NCBI GenBank assembly: GCA_026023565.1
Contig: JAPETS010000002.1
Coordinates: 1,364,001-1,428,000 of the forward strand
DNA length: 64,000 nucleotides
Origin: Cirrosporium novae-zelandiae
Lineage: Eukaryota
Direction of reading: 5' to 3'
Positions 52,667 to 64,000 of this stretch are shown here, piece after piece; positions within the stretch are counted from its first letter, which is position 1; the number at the start of each line of letters is the position of its first letter. The notes below the pieces were generated by a model. It searched no databases and was not told the origin of the DNA. It was given only the letters and a program-made list of their open reading frames with translations. Made by a program: the position numbers and the translations under genes.

Positions 52667-54028
52667 GATGAATGATGATTAAAGCCCCCCGGCTGTAGCA
52701 AAGTGTGATTATATATTGGTACTCGGGTCTCTTTCTATGAACGTGGTGTCGATGGGAGTAGTGTATATTCCTTGGTAGGTACATGCGGCGGGCTCCGCTG
52801 CTCCGCAGGTATGACTAGGTAAGACGAGTAATGGAGGAGAGGAGGGACCGAATATGATGAGTAGAGATCAGAGCGGAGATTTCAAGGGGAGGAATATTAG
52901 GAGAACAAGACAAGGCAATTGAGAGTCATCAAGGGTTGAAGGATGTAAAATATAAAAAGAAAAATGCAAGTCGTGTGTCTTGTCAAATGGTTAACGAGTC
53001 ATAAGCTTCTAGAGGCTTGAAAAGGCTTTGAAAGCTTTTTGGCTAAAATCTCCACGCTGTCTTCGGTCACGGGGAGAGATCAGCCCAGGGAAATTAGAGG
53101 GAATGAAAGCCTATGAGAGATGTAATTAATTAGCTTGTATTTAATTACTTTGATGATGATGGTCGGTTGAGCGCATAGTATTTAGTACATAAGTCACATA
53201 AGTCACATAAGTCACATAAGTACTCAAGATTCAAGCACAGTGCGTGTTTTTTTTTCACATGTGTGGGGGGGGGGGGAACTTTGGGTGCGCCATTTTACTT
53301 TTTGGGTCCTGAGCCTTGGGGTTCTGGGGATGATGGCTGAATGGCTGAATGGCTGAATGGCTGGAATGGCTGTGAATTTGACAGTGGCCGATAGACCGAC
53401 ACTAAAACCCCACATTCTTTGATTAAACGGCTCTGACCGGCTTTCTCTTTCTTTCTCTCTCCTTTGGTCCAGTTCAGGTCTTCAGGTCCATGAACCAAAA
53501 TAACCTCGGCTGCCCACCACACTAGACCAATCCTGGACTAATTCTACACTAATCCCAGTATTACTCGTAAACAACTGGAACAACTGCACAACCAACTGCA
53601 CAACTGCAGGGCCGAATCACCCACATCATGTCCATCACGTCCATCACGTCCATCATATATCCATCTCATATAGGATATACGGTACTTGACGTGGCAGCTA
53701 TGCATTCTCTATTTTCTACATTAGTCTCTGGTTAGGTATCAATCTTAGTTCTTGTGCCACACACCTTCTTTTACATTCATCGCTGGTTTCCAAGGTAGGT
53801 AGGTATCCAGATTCTGCCCTATTTGGATTTGATGTGATAGATATCTGGATATCTCTTTCTTTAGATTTGTTTGATTTATCTTGATGTCTCTTTAATTTTA
53901 TTATTTAATCTTAATCTCAACCGTAAACTCTCCTAGTTAAATCAAACCTGTATCACTTGTTCCTTTACTTTGAATAATAACAATGGCAACATTAATAAAA
54001 AAAAAATAAAAAAAAATAAGCAAATGGC

Positions 54029-54285
54029 AAAAAGTTCAGATGTCCCCCCCCCCAGTGTCTGAGTTAATGGTGACATCTTATGAAAACTCCCACCGCAGGT
54101 CTGCTCATCCTGCGAGGGTGTTCTTCGAACTCCCTATCCATTTATTCTCCCATCGGTCTTTTGTCGATTGTCGATAGTCGGATTCGAACTTGGGGGGTTG
54201 TCGGTTGCCGGTCGCAGTACTCCATTGTCCTGACTTTGAAATGCGCCCGGAGTACTAAACGGTTTACCACTGAGCCATGGTGGTC
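54029..54285 (-). ncRNA. Putative Pol III-type element (tRNA-derived SINE-like or novel ncRNA)
   Basis: A box TGGCTCAGTGG (54277-54267), B box AGTTCGAATCC (54190-54180), internal hairpins and downstream T-runs. Does not fold as a tRNA cloverleaf. Confidence 0.45.
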
Positions 54286-54508
54286 TCTCGTTGAAAACAC
54301 ACCTTTTACTTAGGTAAATAAAGTAGACAGCTAGGTAGGTCCTTAAGGTTTCCTTTCCCTCTCTCCGTCACCCACCTCTCCCACTTTCCTTTGATGTTAT
54401 CTACCTTCTTGTTTACTTTAACCAACCATCTCATCATTGGTCATCTACTACATATTGATTCCTATCTCCTAGTAGAAATCGGCCCATGAGAGCTCAAATA
54501 TTAAGAAT

Positions 54509-55477
54509 ATGCCTTCCACCCCAAACCCCACCCGAAACTCACGTCCTAGTTCAACTTCAAGTGCAGCCTCAAGTGAAAGATTCCCTGGTAGAGTGAGACC
54601 TATCCCCGTGTCAAATACAAGTACTCCCTTAGGATCCACCCCACGTTCCCATATTTGGGATAACCATAACAATCAGAGGTTTAACGACCTCAATGATAGT
54701 ATTGGCACCTTCCCTACATTAGCTCGCGCTCAGAGAATACGGCACTTGCATTCCAGTCAACATGGCATCCCCTCTACAGTTGTAAGAAGATGACTATTCC
54801 AATGATCTTCGGAATTTTATGCTAAAGCCGACGAAAGGATCCAGCTAGGCAGACCAGACAAGCTTCTACAAGAGCTATGGTAGAGTCTAATGCTAGCGGT
54901 CGCCGAAGGAGCAACAGCAACTTCAGGGATGACCTCAATCAACTGAGTGTGAGATGTTCCCCATCATGAATACTGATGGTATATGCTAATCCACCACAAA
55001 AGACCTCCCTCCGACGAGCTTCCATTCGTACCAGAACAAATTCTACTCGAACATCCTCCATTCCAGTGAGTTTAGGGCTTCGGCGTCTTAAATTCAGGAG
55101 TTTAAGCTAAAAGATAATTCAAGCTCGAAGCTCGAGATACAGCTCCCCCAGAAGTGCAGCCACACTCTAATGCTCTCCAACCTTTGAATAGAAACTCCAG
55201 GATGTTAACAGCACAGCTAGCCAATCCCGAGTTTCGAATTAATTTTCCATCAGTTACAACCAGTAACCCCAGCCATGCCTCCCGTTCAAGAGATCATCAT
55301 CCGTTGAGGCAGGCATCAGATATACCACTATGTATTAGACTCCAAATGGACTTTATTGAAAGTCAACTATCTACCCTTGAAGGAGAGTTGGAGATCACAA
55401 ATTCCTTCCCAGAAGCAGAAGCAGAAGACCAAGGTGAAGAAGCGGAAGATGAGGGGTATCAATCGATCGATGCTTAA
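54509..55477 (+). CDS. Hypothetical S/R/P-rich multi-exon protein
   Basis: ORFs 54509-54793 and 55154-55477 are linked by short exons with GT...CTAA...AG introns; acidic C-terminus; no family recognised. Confidence 0.5.
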
Positions 55478-55881
55478 TATTTAAATGAAGCGCAATCGAC
55501 TAAATCTGATTTGAAAGGGCAAAGCGTTTTAACTAGACATTAACTGTTCATGTCAAGGATAAAGTGCTAAAATCAGATTATGGCCCGTTTTTATTCAGAA
55601 AGTGCAGGCGTTCAACAAGTTAGAGCTTTCAAGTAAGCATCGAGCAGGTAGATTCATCTGCCATGAATAAATTTCCTAAACGTGGTTTATGTCTAGTGCT
55701 TGACTCTTACGAGTAACAAGGTAGTTGGGTGGTGAGAAGACCCGATTCTGGGGAGATTTTCAATCCACATCATTCTTTTCCTTGGTATTTCCCATTTATT
55801 TGCAAACTTCTCTTCTTCTTTCCTAATAGTCATCAATAAGGTATCGGCAAGAGTATATACAGGAGGTAGTCAGAAGTTAAT

Positions 55882-57373
55882 ATGGAGTATCCATTCCCTC
55901 AACTCCAGATTCCATCTTTCACAGAAGTGGAAATGCCTCAAACAAAGCCTCGGCCCAAAAGATTCTTAGGATCTCTTCCCAAGGGACGAGGATGGATTCT
56001 AGCTATCCTTGGATTAGCAACATTGCTTGTAACTCTTCATCAGCTTCTCTTTGGACTACCAAGTCATGAGAATCCCTATACTATACCCTTATCACCTTTG
56101 GACGTCAAAGAGTACGTCAAACCCGCTTTCATTTCATTTCACCTTGTCGCTCCATGATAGCAGTATCTAACTTATCACAGCTTCTTCGCAAACTTCGAGG
56201 GTCATCGAGATTGTGGACTCGTTTCATCTGATATCTACATCCCTCCTCCTCGTCCAACAGAAGGGGTTAAATCTCAATACTGCCCCAATCGCAAAACCCT
56301 ACTTGAAGCTTTGAGTGGTGGCGGTCGTCATGGCTTCAATACTCCATTCCATCCGAGAGGTTATACCCCCCTTCTACTGTATCCTCTCTATAGCCCATAA
56401 TACTAACTTGCCTTTACTCTTCTCTTAGGATGCCACTACCGCTGGTACACCACCCCTGAAGTGTGCATGATTCTCTCCCGTTTCTCGCACATTGTCTTCA
56501 TCGGTGATGACCTCATGTCTCAAATCTATGCCGGCTTCAACATCCTACTACGTGAGAATATGGCTTTGGGGGCCTTCAAGCAATGGGAGATGAGCGAGGA
56601 AGAGCGAATGGCTTGCAGATGCGAAAATCAGTTTGTTAAGGCCGAATGTAGGAAATTCGCCGTAAGTAAGAGCGAAGAGGTTAGAAGAGGTGACGCTGAG
56701 AGTGACTATACGAGTCTGTATGGTTGTGACCGTGAGTTTTTCAGTCTTCTCTTTCCGCCTCTTTCAATGTCAACTCCTCTCAAATAATCTCCCAACCCCA
56801 CTCGCAATAACCATATGTATATATATGTACATTCCAAATATCAAAAAAGCTAACCACCCACCCACTCCAGAAACCCCACACACCTACCTCCACACAACCA
56901 CCTCACCAACAACATCCCCCTCCCACCTCCACCACCTCACCACCCTCCTAACCACCCACTCCCACCCCCGTTCCCCCAAAAAACCAATCCCAATAATCCA
57001 CTCCCTCTCCCTCTCAACCAACCCCCCTTACTCATCCCCCCAAACCCTCTCAACCCTAACCTCCCTCCTCCACACCCTCCTCACCACCACCACGAACTCA
57101 AACTCAAAACCCCACATCCTCCACATCGCACCTCCGGCCCCTGGACCCCTAACCCCGAAATCAGCTTTAGGCCATAATGCTGCGATTTGGAAATTTACTA
57201 GAGAGGTACAGAGGGGGGTTGGGGTGTTGGAGGGGGTGGAGGTGTTGGGGCTTTTCAATGCCACGGTGCAGGATGGGCATGGAATGGGGGGGGAAGAGGG
57301 GTTGGGATTGCGGATGGGGGTTGTGGGGGCGATGATGGTTGTTAATTGGCTTGCGATGGTTGAAGGAGTGTAG
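55882..57373 (+). CDS. Fungal type II membrane protein, possible SGNH/PC-esterase-like domain
   Basis: N-terminal TM segment; YCPNRKTLLEALSGGGRHGF...RG|CHYRWY...CMILSRFSHIVFIGDD...LLRENMALG...CRCENQF; 3 introns. Confidence 0.7.
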
Positions 57374-57942
57374 GTTTGTGCGTGGCCAGGTGAGCGAGTG
57401 GATTGATGGGTTTGCTGAGAAAAGGGGAAGGGGAAAGGGGAAAGGGGGTATGTCGTATGTATTCATACAGTACATACAGTACATTATACTTCCCACACCA
57501 GAAGAACAGTTCTCAGACAGACCTTCTTTTTATCACTAAGATAAGATATAACTGCCCCTCCTTTACCCTCTCCCTCCTTTGCCTTCTCCCCCTTCTCCTC
57601 GAAATACCAAGAAAAAGAAGAAGAAGAAGAAGAAGAAGAACTAATAGCCACATTCCATACAGGAAAGGGGTGATAGATACAGTATATATATATTTATATA
57701 TATATGTATGCATCCGTCTTCCTTTCAAGAGTTTAAGGGGTGTGGGAGTTTCTTGCAACAGGTCACCGTTAATCATTAATCATGAATTTCATTTTCATTT
57801 CTCATCATTCATCTACGTCTACTTTTCCTTACCGCCCTTCCCATCATTCCTATCTTCGAGATCAATTCTCTTGGGAGAGAAAATGGATTAGTTCATAAGA
57901 TCCTAGGCTTCCCATTCCCCCCTAACTCCCCCCCAACCCCAA

Positions 57943-59490
57943 TCACGAAGCAAAAATCTTTTTAATCCACCTCCTATTCTTCTCCGACATTTCCTCGGGG
58001 AAATTTTCAAAAAGGTCAGACATGTCACTGACGTCGAATTCCCCACTCCCCTCGGTCCTCTCGCGCATGGCACATTCTAGCATCAGAATCCCGGTTGCTA
58101 AAATATCCAACTGGCTGCTGCGGTAGATGCTTGCATTTTGCTGTTTCTGGTTTTTGGGTTCGGGGGGCAGGGATGGGGAAAACTCTTTGATTTTTTCAAA
58201 GAGGCGGGTTAGCCAGTTTTGGAGCTCGATTAGGACGTCTGGTGAGGGGGATATGGGGTTGGTGGTCGGTGAGGGCTCGATGTAGCATCGGTCGGCGGTG
58301 ATGCGCAGGTGGTCTTCGAGCTCCTCGTCGCTAGCGAAGATTATTGAGAGGGAGTCTAGGAGGGGTCGGGGGAAGGCTATGAGTTCTGTGGGGGAGTCCT
58401 TGTAGCGATGTGGGTGGGTTCGTCCGCGGATGTAGTACACTTCGCTTGGTGGGGGTGGTCTGTGGGGTTCGCGTAGGGAGGCTTGCTTTTCTTTTGCTTC
58501 GGCGATTGGGGAGCCTGCCGGAAAGGATACGCGGAGGGCGACTTGGTCAAAGGGGTTGTTGGGGATGCAGAATCCGTAGCTGAGGAGTAGCTCGTCGTTG
58601 CTCTTTGAGCCGTAGTTGTTCCAGATCTGCAAGCCTGGTTGCAGGGGCTCCTGTATGAGGAGGTTTACGAGGAATTCCACCGGGGGGTCGGCCGATGTCG
58701 GCTGCCATTGGGTTTTGGCGAATGGGTTGTGGTTGAGAAGGTCGAGGAGTGGGATCAGGACTGCTACTTCTGGACGTGACTTGGAGTCTGAGTTTAGGCA
58801 GGGGAATGACAGGGTGGACCGGAAGGCTCGGGAGGAAATAATAAATATTGCCCAGCGATAAAGGTCCCTGGTTGATGTTAGGACCACGACGTGTGCTGAG
58901 AGCAATTTTCAATTTCGGCAGCGATACACTACCAGCGACTAAAAGCAGAGCGATCAGATGGGGACGAACCAAGTGTAATCTTCTCCCTGTGGCCACTTGG
59001 CTCTCTCGAGCATCATAATTCCTTTCTCCCAGTCTCTTTGCCAGACTTTCTTGTACTCCAAGTACGAAGTCTCGAGGTTTGTGCCCTTGAGCCAAACCAG
59101 GTCTTCATCATTGAAATTTGCAGGTGAGCCCAATTCGTCCACAGAACTTGGTGGGGGTAATGTCTGAAGATATGGATGCCATCGAGAGCGACTCCCAAGC
59201 AGTTGTTGCTTAACCAGAAAAAAAGCTGAAATAGTGCCATAATCAATGGAGCTCAAAAAGAGATTAGGAAACGGATCTGAAGATTCTTCCATCGCATCAT
59301 GATAGGAGATGGTGGTGGAAAGAGGACAACTCACAGCCACGCTTCCTGGGGGCAAGCCATGGCTATCTTTGCGGACTTGTAATGTCCAACCAAATGTATT
59401 ATCTTTTCCTATCACTACATCAGGATGTATCGAGCCTCCTTCTTCAGTTACCCAATCCAACAAACTTTTCATGTCAGACTCTTTTGCCAT
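57943..59490 (-). CDS. SET-domain protein lysine methyltransferase (Rubisco-LSMT/Rkm-like)
   Basis: LLDWVTEEGGSIHP; SRWHPYLQTLP; WLKGTNL; IISSRAF; LIPLLDLLNH; NNYGSKSNDELLLSYGF; 1 intron. Confidence 0.9.
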
Positions 59491-60112
59491 ATTATCGATA
59501 CGGAAGCCAACAAGTTAATGTATACTTAATTTATATATTGATGGTGGAGAAAAAAGTAAAAAAAAATGAAGAAAAAGAGAAAGTATCAGTTCATAGAAGG
59601 CGATGACGACAGAGCTTATTTAGATTCCAGCTCAATCACGGGTACTGTGTAGAATCCTTGCAACTAATACAAGGAATTTGAAAGAGTATTATCGTGACCT
59701 GGGGGTTTATCTTGGAAATTTTGGACATTTGAGTAATTAACTGCCATGGTATCTATTGATTCTGATGATCTGATGATTTGATTAGTCCGAATGGGATGTG
59801 ATGTTTGAGTAATGGTGAGCAATGGCGAGCAATGGTGAATAACGATGAATCCAGTACGGTACTTTTCAATACATGATTAAATACAAAAGACAGAATTCCC
59901 AGCGTGCCTAGAAACATAAGGCGTTTTACGGTACTCGATAACAACCTTTCAGCAATTTAATATTACGTCTCATGCAGAAACTATTTGTCGCAACAAACAG
60001 ACCTCTACCAAAAAAAAAGAAAGAAAAAAAAACCAATTTCCAGCTCCAGGAAATGGACTGGCTTTTATTCAGTATCAAGACTTGACATTCAACTAATTCC
60101 ATTCCCTCTCAG

Positions 60113-60912
60113 ATGGAGCACATCCCTATTTCCGATCCCGTTCCCTCCTCGTCGACACCATTAGGCGGCGCGGCGGGGCACAAGCACAATGCCAGCGCCG
60201 GACCTTCCTCCGCTCCGATACCTCAGGCGATTCCGGAATTACCTCCACAAATGTTTACCACCGCTGCTCAGTTATTAGATTTGACAGATAGTGAGGATTG
60301 CCCTGGCTGTTGTAGGCTGATAGAAGGAAAAGCTTAACAAAACTTCATCGGCGCTCGTTTATATTTCGATCAAGACATGGCTGACCATTGAGCTGTGTTC
60401 AATTTTCTGCAGAAAAACTTATGTTAGTTCTTCGTGACGGAAGAAAATTGATAGGTGTTTTGCGCAGTTGGGATCAATTTGGTAACTTCCCTCTTGTCCG
60501 CAATCCATGTCACTGCTGACTTTTGTCAATTACCTTAGCAAACCTAGTCCTACAAGATACCATTGAACGAATATATGCAACCAGCAAGTCCCTTTTTGCC
60601 GATGTTCCCCGTGGCGTTGTTTTGATTCGTGGCGAGAATGTTGTAATGCTTGGAGAAATTGTATACATCCCTATCTTGCTACAATTACTACACCAATGTA
60701 CTCTGGGCGCCTTCGGCTGATGTCACCTTCTCTCTTAGGACCTTGACAAGGAAGATGTCGTCCCGCCACCTTACCAGCTCGGTGAAGTCAAAGAAGTTTT
60801 CGCCCTTCAAAAAGAGGAACGAGCTACCCAGAAAAAGCTCTCAAAGGCCCAAAAAGACAAACTGCATGAATTGGGTTTCGAGGGGGAGCACTCGGGCGAG
60901 GTTTTGTTCTAG
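60113..60912 (+). CDS. LSM1: Lsm1 (cytoplasmic Lsm1-7 mRNA decay complex)
   Basis: PPQMFTTAAQLLDLTD|KKLMLVLRDGRKLIGVLRSWDQF|ANLVLQDTIERIY...RGVVLIRGENVVMLGEI|DLDKED. Confidence 0.95.
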
Positions 60913-61898
60913 ACGATCCTTCACTCGAAGTATCAATTCGTTCTTTACTAGTTTAGGATCTGGTTCATCAGGCTGCGAGCCATTTATTGCTTTACACAGT
61001 TGTGCTCTGAACCAGAATCGGCATGAAAGGGAGAAGGAAATAGAGAGCAATATCCCGGTTATATCGTTGATAAAGATATGTGGCTAGGAAGGTGACATGA
61101 TAAGAGGAACGACTATGAACTTGCGATCGAGTTGCCCTGCTCTACTTAATCTCTATCATAATTTGGAATTTCTTCCAGTGACAAGGGAGACTGAGACTGG
61201 GAAGTTAAAATTTGAGCTAGCATCCTACTCGGCATGATGGATGAAAGCAAAGGAAGCAGAATATTGTGAAATGCTTCGGGTCCTAACATTATTCAATTGG
61301 ACTCATTTTCTATCTATGACTACTTCTATGACTTATGCGACCAAGCCAGGTAGACAGCAGATACTGTATATTCAATACACTTCTATTTTCTTTCCTAGTA
61401 ATACGCAGCAATGCTATAGAATGTAGAGATTCCTAGTATTAATACTGAATACCTACCTAGGTAGGTACCTAAGTACAGTATATTGTATTGACAATGAATA
61501 ATGATCAAATACCAAGGACAAACCCTAATTGCCTAAAAGGTAATAGCTCATAAAAAAGGACAGGGCAAATTGACAATGACGTTGTAAAGAACGGCTTCTT
61601 CCGGGCACCCTGAAGGTTCGGTCGAGTTCTGAACTGACGGAGAATCGCATTCTCTCCGGGGCGGTCATTCATTTCCCATTTCCCACCCAAACATCTAATT
61701 TATCTCCTCTCCGTTTCCCCTCCGTCACAACTAGAAACACCAATGAATTATATCCTCTTCAACTTCTTTGATGCTTCTCCTCTACCGATTTCACCCTAGA
61801 CGGTGATTCTATGCCTTAATCTGTCTTACCTACGAAACCAACTTTGCTACAACAAATCTCTACATTTAAAGTCCCTCCACCTAGCTTTCCACAGAAGC

Positions 61899-64000
61899 AT
61901 GGCCACAACAACAACCATGGCCAATACCGCAGCAGCATCCACCTCAAATGGAAAACCGCAGCCCCGTCAAACTCGAGTCAATCCGACAAGAATTTCCAAG
62001 ACAAATGCCAGACCACTTTACTATGGGCGCAATTTCGCAATGAGTGCTGCTCCTGATCCAGAACCAGAAACAACTGCGCCAGGTTTCTTTCCCGCCATCA
62101 CACACTTTACCGACGCGATATCCGCACTACCCAAAGAAGTGATTCGACATCTTTCTCTATTGAAAGAAGTCGATGCGAAGTCCTATAGCTCCGAGGAAGC
62201 CATTCCTGGCTTGATTAACCAGATTATGAACTCCTCCTCGCATCCTCATTCTTCCACGTCTACTCTGAGATCCATAGATCCATCCGCCGTTTCTACACCC
62301 GATCATTTCAATTCGAGTAATCATTCGACCACACAAGATGTTAACCCTATCTCGAGACTTAGGCTCGCTGTTGAAAAGGAGCCATTGGAGGATTTAAAAC
62401 CGTTCAAAAACCTTCGTGATCTGATGTGCAATATGATGACAACACTGGATGAAAAGAATCATGTTTTGATGACCGCAAATTCTGCGCTCAACAAACATTT
62501 GGTTCGGCTTGACGAAATACTCCCTCACGTTGAAAACGAAATCGCCGAAGAGGCACGGCTAGGAAGCCTAGCGCATTGGGCTTATTTAGACAAGTTAACA
62601 GCGAAGGGAAATGGGAATTCGACAGGTGAACGAACCAGAAATACCGGGAGGGCTCATCATTCACCGGTTGGCAATAACACCACACATGACCACGAGGCAG
62701 TTTCGAGGAGCGAAACAAGGAGGGAGGCATTGGCAAGGAAGAGGAATCACAACGGAGACCCCGACTTTGATAACCATGGATCCCACACCAAGCGAACAAC
62801 AGGGGCGTCCAAAGCTCGCAAAGGTATTGAAGCCACAGCGGTGGCAGCCAGCGGCCAGGCCGGTCCAGCTACCACCAACACCACCACAGCACCTGCACCT
62901 GTAAAGCGACGAAGGATCGAAAAGCCGAACGCCCATACTAGTAATGTTGAGCAATCGCGGAACCCACCGCAAAACAATGTTGGTAATACTTCTCAAGCTG
63001 CCGGCGGAAACCAGGCAGAAGTACCCATCCCTGAAGTAGCGAAGAAACGTGGAAGAGGGCCGAATAATCCTAACGCTTCCAACAAAAGAAGGTGTGCTGA
63101 ACCACCTCATCAAATCGTGTAGCTATTGCTAACTCATGCCTCATTCAGAAATGGCACCAACACGTCTGTGGCAGGCTCTCCGTTGCTCGCTTCTTCTCCT
63201 GTTATTGGAACTTTTTCAACCACGAGAGGAAGTCCCGCTGCCCCTCAACGTCCTGGTTCATCGAGAGTCCGCCAGAATTCTATCCAATCCGTACTCTCAG
63301 AAGCCCGACAGCGACCTCCTTCTCAAGCTTCAAACAAACTTCTGAATCCACTTGGGATTATGACATCAACAGCCGACCCTAATGCTATTGCAGGGCTGGT
63401 CCCTAACAGTCTTGTTGACATAAAACCTGCGACCAAAGATGTTTCAAATCCAATCAGTGAACAAATACCGGCAGAGGAGGAGGTTCGACCACAAACAAAA
63501 GTAGGGGGCTCTGTTTCTACCAATAAAAATGGCAACAAATCTATGAAAAATGAACCGACTGATTCCAATGGAGATCCAATGAAAGGTACCGAGACTCCCC
63601 CCGGAGTGACTGCGCGTGGAGTGAAGACGTCCAAGACATCGACACCTGTAAATGCTACATTTTCGGATTCTGCACGATCAAGACCTGCCCGTGGCACGGA
63701 ACCACTACCTAAACGGTCACACAAGAAGGGTCAAGGTTTAGCTGCACAGCGCCTTGCTGCCGTAGCAGCCGACGAAGAAGGGTCTTCGTTGCAAGGTGAT
63801 GATGATGACGATGATGACGAGAGCGAACCCCGTTATTGTTACTGTAACGGTGTGAGCTATGGAGAGATGGTTGCTTGTGATGCAGACAACTGTCGAGGGG
63901 AATGGTTTCATCTGGATTGTATTGGAATGACTAAACCTCCTAAACAAAATGGTAAAAAATCCACCTTCTCTGTTAGATTATGAAGCTAATATCGGATAAT
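61899..64000 (+). CDS. ING-family PHD finger chromatin protein (Pho23/ING3-like); runs off the window end
   Basis: FTDAISALPKEVIRHLSLLKEVDAK (ING N-domain); LDEKNHVL; PHD EPRYCYCNGVSYGEMVACDADNCRGEWFHLDCIG; intron about 63092-63149 and another starting about 63952. Confidence 0.9.

Noticed and set aside
54180..54285. Intron-containing tRNA, or SRP RNA
   Set aside because: T-stem and acceptor stem do not pair, and no SRP helix-8 GNRA motif with correct spacing was found.

Overview
64 kb of an intron-rich filamentous ascomycete (Pezizomycotina) chromosome. It carries about 22 protein-coding loci, mostly housekeeping: DOCK GEF (5' part), cytosolic LeuRS, AP-3 sigma, frataxin, epsin, TMEM115/DUF1751, Sif2/TBL1, a GPI-type S10 carboxypeptidase, mitochondrial aspartate aminotransferase, Ypd1, Rib2-like deaminase, DNAJC9-like protein, USP-domain protein, an RNA-silencing RdRP, PDH kinase, a SET methyltransferase, Lsm1 and an ING/PHD protein. 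Features the ORF track misses: (1) an intact variant 5S rRNA gene nested in sense orientation in the frataxin intron; (2) a SnoaL/NTF2-like gene with an in-frame TAG at a probable Trp codon plus several apparent G-to-A changes (candidate restorative A-to-I editing, or RIP/pseudogenisation); (3) a non-tRNA element with Pol III A/B boxes near 54.0-54.3 kb; (4) a multiply disrupted Zn2Cys6 pseudogene; (5) 3-nt and ATG-only micro-exons; (6) a recurrent intergenic palindrome, TACCTAGGTA; (7) simple-repeat-rich, strand-skewed islands with local direct and inverted duplications, mostly between convergent genes. All family calls come from motif recognition by eye; no database searches were run.
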